Source: an uncultured Barnesiella sp.
GTDB taxonomy: Bacteria; Bacteroidota; Bacteroidia; Bacteroidales; Barnesiellaceae_A
Assembly (NCBI GenBank): GCA_944321085.1
Contig: CALUJY010000001.1
Span: 28,671 to 92,670, forward strand
Reading direction: 5' to 3'
Length of the DNA: 64,000 nt
Shown: positions 60,682 through 64,000 of the stretch, one piece after another
How positions within the stretch are numbered: position 1 is the stretch's first letter
Layout of the letters: each line of letters begins with the position of its first letter
Translations under genes and position numbers: made by a program
Notes under the pieces: generated by a model
The model's database searches: none
Seen by the model: the letters and a program-made list of their open reading frames with translations, nothing else
Told to the model about the DNA's origin: nothing

Positions 60682-63600
60682 ATGTCTTCTACAACTGCTA
60701 AAGCGCGTATAAACTTCGCTTCAATAAAGAATCCGTTGCCCTATCCCGATTTCTTGGAAGTACAGTTAAAGTCTTTCAAAGACTTCTTGCAGTTAGATAC
60801 ACCCCAAGAAAAACGCAAAAACGAGGGCTTGTATAAGGTATTTTCCGAAAATTTCCCCATTGCTGATACACGGAACAGTTTTGTTCTTGAATTCTTAGAT
60901 TATTATATCGACCCGCCTCGCTATACCATAGACGAGTGCCTTGAGCGTGGCCTTACATATAGTGTGCCTCTTAAAGCTAAACTCAAACTCTATTGTACCG
61001 ACCCCGACCACGAAGACTTTGCGCCTGTTATTCAAGACGTTTACTTAGGCCCTATCCCCTATATGACGGAGAAGGCAACGTTCGTCATCAACGGTGCCGA
61101 ACGTGTCGTCGTTTCGCAGTTGCACCGTTCGCCCGGCGTATTTTTCGGTCAAAGCACACACGCCAATGGTACGAAACTCTATTCGGCGCGTATTATTCCC
61201 TTCAAAGGTTCGTGGATTGAATTTGCTACTGACATCAACAATGTCATGTATGCCTATATCGACCGGAAGAAAAAATTGCCCGTAACCACGTTGTTACGTG
61301 CCATCGGTTTCGAGAGCGACCGCGACATTCTTGAAATCTTCGGTTTGGCAGAAGAGATGAAGGTGACCAAGACCAATCTTAAAAAGGCCGTAGGTCGTCG
61401 CATGGCAGCACGTGTACTGCGTACATGGGTAGAAGATTTCGTAGACGAAGATACGGGTGAGATATCGTCTATCACTCGTAACGACGTAGTGATAGAGCGT
61501 GAAACTGTCCTTGAAGAGTCGCATATCCAACTCATTCTCGACAGCGGTGTGCAAAGCATCCTTCTCCACAAGGAAGATGCCAATACCTCCGATTACGCCA
61601 TCATCTTCAATACTCTCCAAAAAGACTCCAGCAACTCTGAAAAAGAGGCTGTCGAATATATATACCACCAACTTCGCAACGCCGACCCCGCTGACGAGGC
61701 CAGCGCACGCGAGGTTATTACCAACCTTTTCTTCTCGGAAAAGAGATACGATTTGGGAGAAGTAGGACGTTACCGTATCAACAAAAAACTCAACCTTTCT
61801 ATCGACCCCAACATCAAGGTTCTCACGAAAGAAGACATCATTGAAATTATCAAATACCTCATCGAGCTCATCAACTCCAAGACCGATGTCGACGATATCG
61901 ACCACCTGAGCAACCGTCGTGTTCGTACCGTAGGCGAGCAACTCTATAACCAATTCGGTGTAGGTTTGGCGCGTATGGCACGTACTATCCGCGAGCGTAT
62001 GAATGTGCGCGATAACGAGGTATTTACACCTATCGACCTTATCAATGCAAAGACTGTTTCGTCGGTTATCAACAGCTTCTTCGGCACCAATGCCCTGTCG
62101 CAGTTTATGGACCAGACGAACCCTCTTGCCGAGATGACACACAAACGTCGTATGTCGGCGTTAGGCCCCGGCGGTCTTTCGCGCGAACGTGCCGGTTTTG
62201 AGGTGCGCGACGTTCACTATACCCACTATGGCCGTCTCTGTCCTATCGAGACACCTGAGGGTCCTAACATCGGTCTTATCTCGTCGCTTTGCGTATATGC
62301 CAAAATCAACGATCTCGGCTTTATAGAGACTCCCTATCGTGAGGTAAAAGATGGTAAAGTAAACCTCAATAACAACGAAGTAGTTTACCTTACTGCCGAA
62401 GTGGAAGAGGGTAAAGTCATTGCACAAGGTAATGCCCCCCTTAACGATGACGGAACATTTGTCAATAACCGCATCAAGGCTCGTCTCGATGCCGATTTCC
62501 CATTGGCAACCCCCGACCAAGTACAACTTATGGATGTGTCGCCGACGCAGATTGCATCTATCGCAGCTTCGCTGATTCCTTTCTTGGAGCACGACGACGC
62601 CAACCGTGCATTGATGGGTTCGAACATGATGCGCCAAGCCGTTCCCCTGTTGCGCAGCGAGTCGCCTATTGTAGGTACAGGTCTCGAAAGCCAGCTTATC
62701 CGCGACTCTCGTACGCAAATTACGGCCGAAGGCGACGGTGTCATCGAGTATGTCGATGCCACTACCATCCGCATTCGTTATGACCGCACCCCCGACGAAG
62801 AGTTCGTTTCTTTCGAGGATGCTGTCAAAGAGTATCATATTCCCAAGTTCCGCAAAACGAACCAAAGCACAACCATCGACTTGCGTCCTATTTGCCACAA
62901 AGGACAGCGTGTTACTCCTGGCGAAATCCTTACGGAAGGTTACTCTACGGAAAACGGCGAGTTGGCACTCGGTCGCAACCTGAAAGTAGCATTCATGCCG
63001 TGGAAGGGTTACAACTACGAGGATGCCATTGTTCTCAACGAACGCATGGTGTGGGAAGATATTCTCACCTCGGTACACGTCGATGAATATATTCTCGAAG
63101 TCCGTGAAACGAAGCGCGGTCTCGAAGAGCTTACTTCCGATATTCCTAACGTAAGTGAGGACGCTACCAAAGACCTCGACGAGAATGGTGTAATCCGTGT
63201 GGGTGCTCGTGTCAACCCCGGTGACATCATGATAGGTAAGATTACGCCCAAAGGTGAGTCTGACCCCTCACCCGAAGAGAAATTGCTCCGCGCTATCTTC
63301 GGCGACAAAGCCGGTGACGTAAAAGATGCTTCGCTCAAAGCTACTCCTTCGCTCAAAGGTGTTGTCATTGGCACCAATATCTTCTCCAAAGCAATGAAGA
63401 AGAAAAAATCGCGCCTCAGCGATAAAGCCAAATTGCAACAGCTCGAAGATGAGTTTGAAGTGAAGATGAACAAGCTCAAAGACATCCTTGTCGATAAGCT
63501 TATGACTCTTACTTCGGGCAAGACTTCGCAAGGCGTAAAAGACTTTTTGGGCGACGACGTGGTACCCAAAGGAGCCAAGTTTACGCAAGCAACACTCGCC

Positions 63601-64000
63601 AAGATAGATTATACTTGTGTGCAAGTGAGCAAGTGGACTTCCGATGCCGCCAAGAACGACCTCATCCGTGCTACCATCATCAACTATCTGCGCAAGTATA
63701 AGGAGCTCGATGCCGAGTTGCGCCGTCGCAAATTCGACGAGTCGGTAGGCGATGAGCTGCCCCAAGGTATAGTCCAACTTGCCAAAGTATATATCGCCAA
63801 GAAACGCAAAATCAGCGTCGGCGACAAGATGGCAGGTCGTCACGGTAACAAAGGTATCGTTTCGCGTATTGTACGTCAGGAAGATATGCCTTTCCTCGCC
63901 GATGGTACTCCGGTCGATATCGTGCTTAACCCTCTGGGTGTGCCTTCGCGTATGAACCTCGGACAGATTTTCGAGACCGTTCTCGGATGGGCTGGTCAGG
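60682..64000 (+). CDS. rpoB: DNA-directed RNA polymerase beta subunit, N-terminal ~1106 codons (continues beyond the window end)
   Basis: Own translation from ATG 60682: [36 protein letters not shown]...[17 protein letters not shown]... The frame is open to position 64000, and the end reads ...[17 protein letters not shown]. Confidence 0.95.
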   Translation, partial: MSSTTAKARINFASIKNPLPYPDFLEVQLKSFKDFLQLDTPQEKRKNEGLYKVFSENFPIADTRNSFVLEFLDYYIDPPRYTIDECLERGLTYSVPLKAKLKLYCTDPDHEDFAPVIQDVYLGPIPYMTEKATFVINGAERVVVSQLHRSPGVFFGQSTHANGTKLYSARIIPFKGSWIEFATDINNVMYAYIDRKKKLPVTTLLRAIGFESDRDILEIFGLAEEMKVTKTNLKKAVGRRMAARVLRTWVEDFVDEDTGEISSITRNDVVIERETVLEESHIQLILDSGVQSILLHKEDANTSDYAIIFNTLQKDSSNSEKEAVEYIYHQLRNADPADEASAREVITNLFFSEKRYDLGEVGRYRINKKLNLSIDPNIKVLTKEDIIEIIKYLIELINSKTDVDDIDHLSNRRVRTVGEQLYNQFGVGLARMARTIRERMNVRDNEVFTPIDLINAKTVSSVINSFFGTNALSQFMDQTNPLAEMTHKRRMSALGPGGLSRERAGFEVRDVHYTHYGRLCPIETPEGPNIGLISSLCVYAKINDLGFIETPYREVKDGKVNLNNNEVVYLTAEVEEGKVIAQGNAPLNDDGTFVNNRIKARLDADFPLATPDQVQLMDVSPTQIASIAASLIPFLEHDDANRALMGSNMMRQAVPLLRSESPIVGTGLESQLIRDSRTQITAEGDGVIEYVDATTIRIRYDRTPDEEFVSFEDAVKEYHIPKFRKTNQSTTIDLRPICHKGQRVTPGEILTEGYSTENGELALGRNLKVAFMPWKGYNYEDAIVLNERMVWEDILTSVHVDEYILEVRETKRGLEELTSDIPNVSEDATKDLDENGVIRVGARVNPGDIMIGKITPKGESDPSPEEKLLRAIFGDKAGDVKDASLKATPSLKGVVIGTNIFSKAMKKKKSRLSDKAKLQQLEDEFEVKMNKLKDILVDKLMTLTSGKTSQGVKDFLGDDVVPKGAKFTQATLAKIDYTCVQVSKWTSDAAKNDLIRATIINYLRKYKELDAELRRRKFDESVGDELPQGIVQLAKVYIAKKRKISVGDKMAGRHGNKGIVSRIVRQEDMPFLADGTPVDIVLNPLGVPSRMNLGQIFETVLGWAGQ

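Overview
The window looks like a chromosomal segment of a Bacteroidota genome, probably Bacteroidales-like. The taxon call is an inference from four things: the tRNA(Thr-Tyr-Gly-Thr)-tuf-tRNA(Trp)-secE-nusG-rplKAJL-rpoB order, TTTG/TAnnTTTG promoter boxes, T9SS-type C-terminal sorting tails, and BamA/Skp/UppS synteny. All family assignments come from motif recognition by eye on the supplied translations. No BLAST, HMM or folding was run.

Gene content by region:
- 1-8.7 kb (minus strand): comM/yifB (partial), a thioredoxin-fold lipoprotein, a beta-barrel plus giant TPR pair, a U32 protein and a BI-1 protein.
- 8.7-19.7 kb: an accessory-looking block of three tandem secreted proteins with T9SS-type C-terminal domains, plus a signal-peptide/TPR/TM/HTH regulator.
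- 19.7-32 kb: U32(long)-metA-S4-murI, then skp-skp-bamA-uppS, envelope lipoproteins and ribD.
- 32-38 kb (plus strand): prmC, recX, comF, pyrE, an SRPBCC protein, a lipoprotein and a class 3 FBPase.
- 38-48 kb (minus strand): pdxB, a Dna2-like nuclease-helicase, a long Ddl, a MurF-like ligase whose N-domain is replaced by TM helices, an alpha/beta hydrolase, a GT9 heptosyltransferase and DUF4254.
- 48-54 kb: pflB-pflA, a gamma carbonic anhydrase and aminopeptidase P.
- 54-64 kb: rpsU-xerC-hpf, four tRNAs, tuf, tRNA-Trp, secE, nusG, rplK/A/J/L and rpoB (partial).

I saw no rRNA, CRISPR array, IS element or prophage.

Most worth a second look: (i) the T9SS-cargo/regulator island, and (ii) the hydrolase / membrane-anchored MurF-like / Ddl operon. 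Many long ORFs in the track are antisense shadows of real genes and were rejected.
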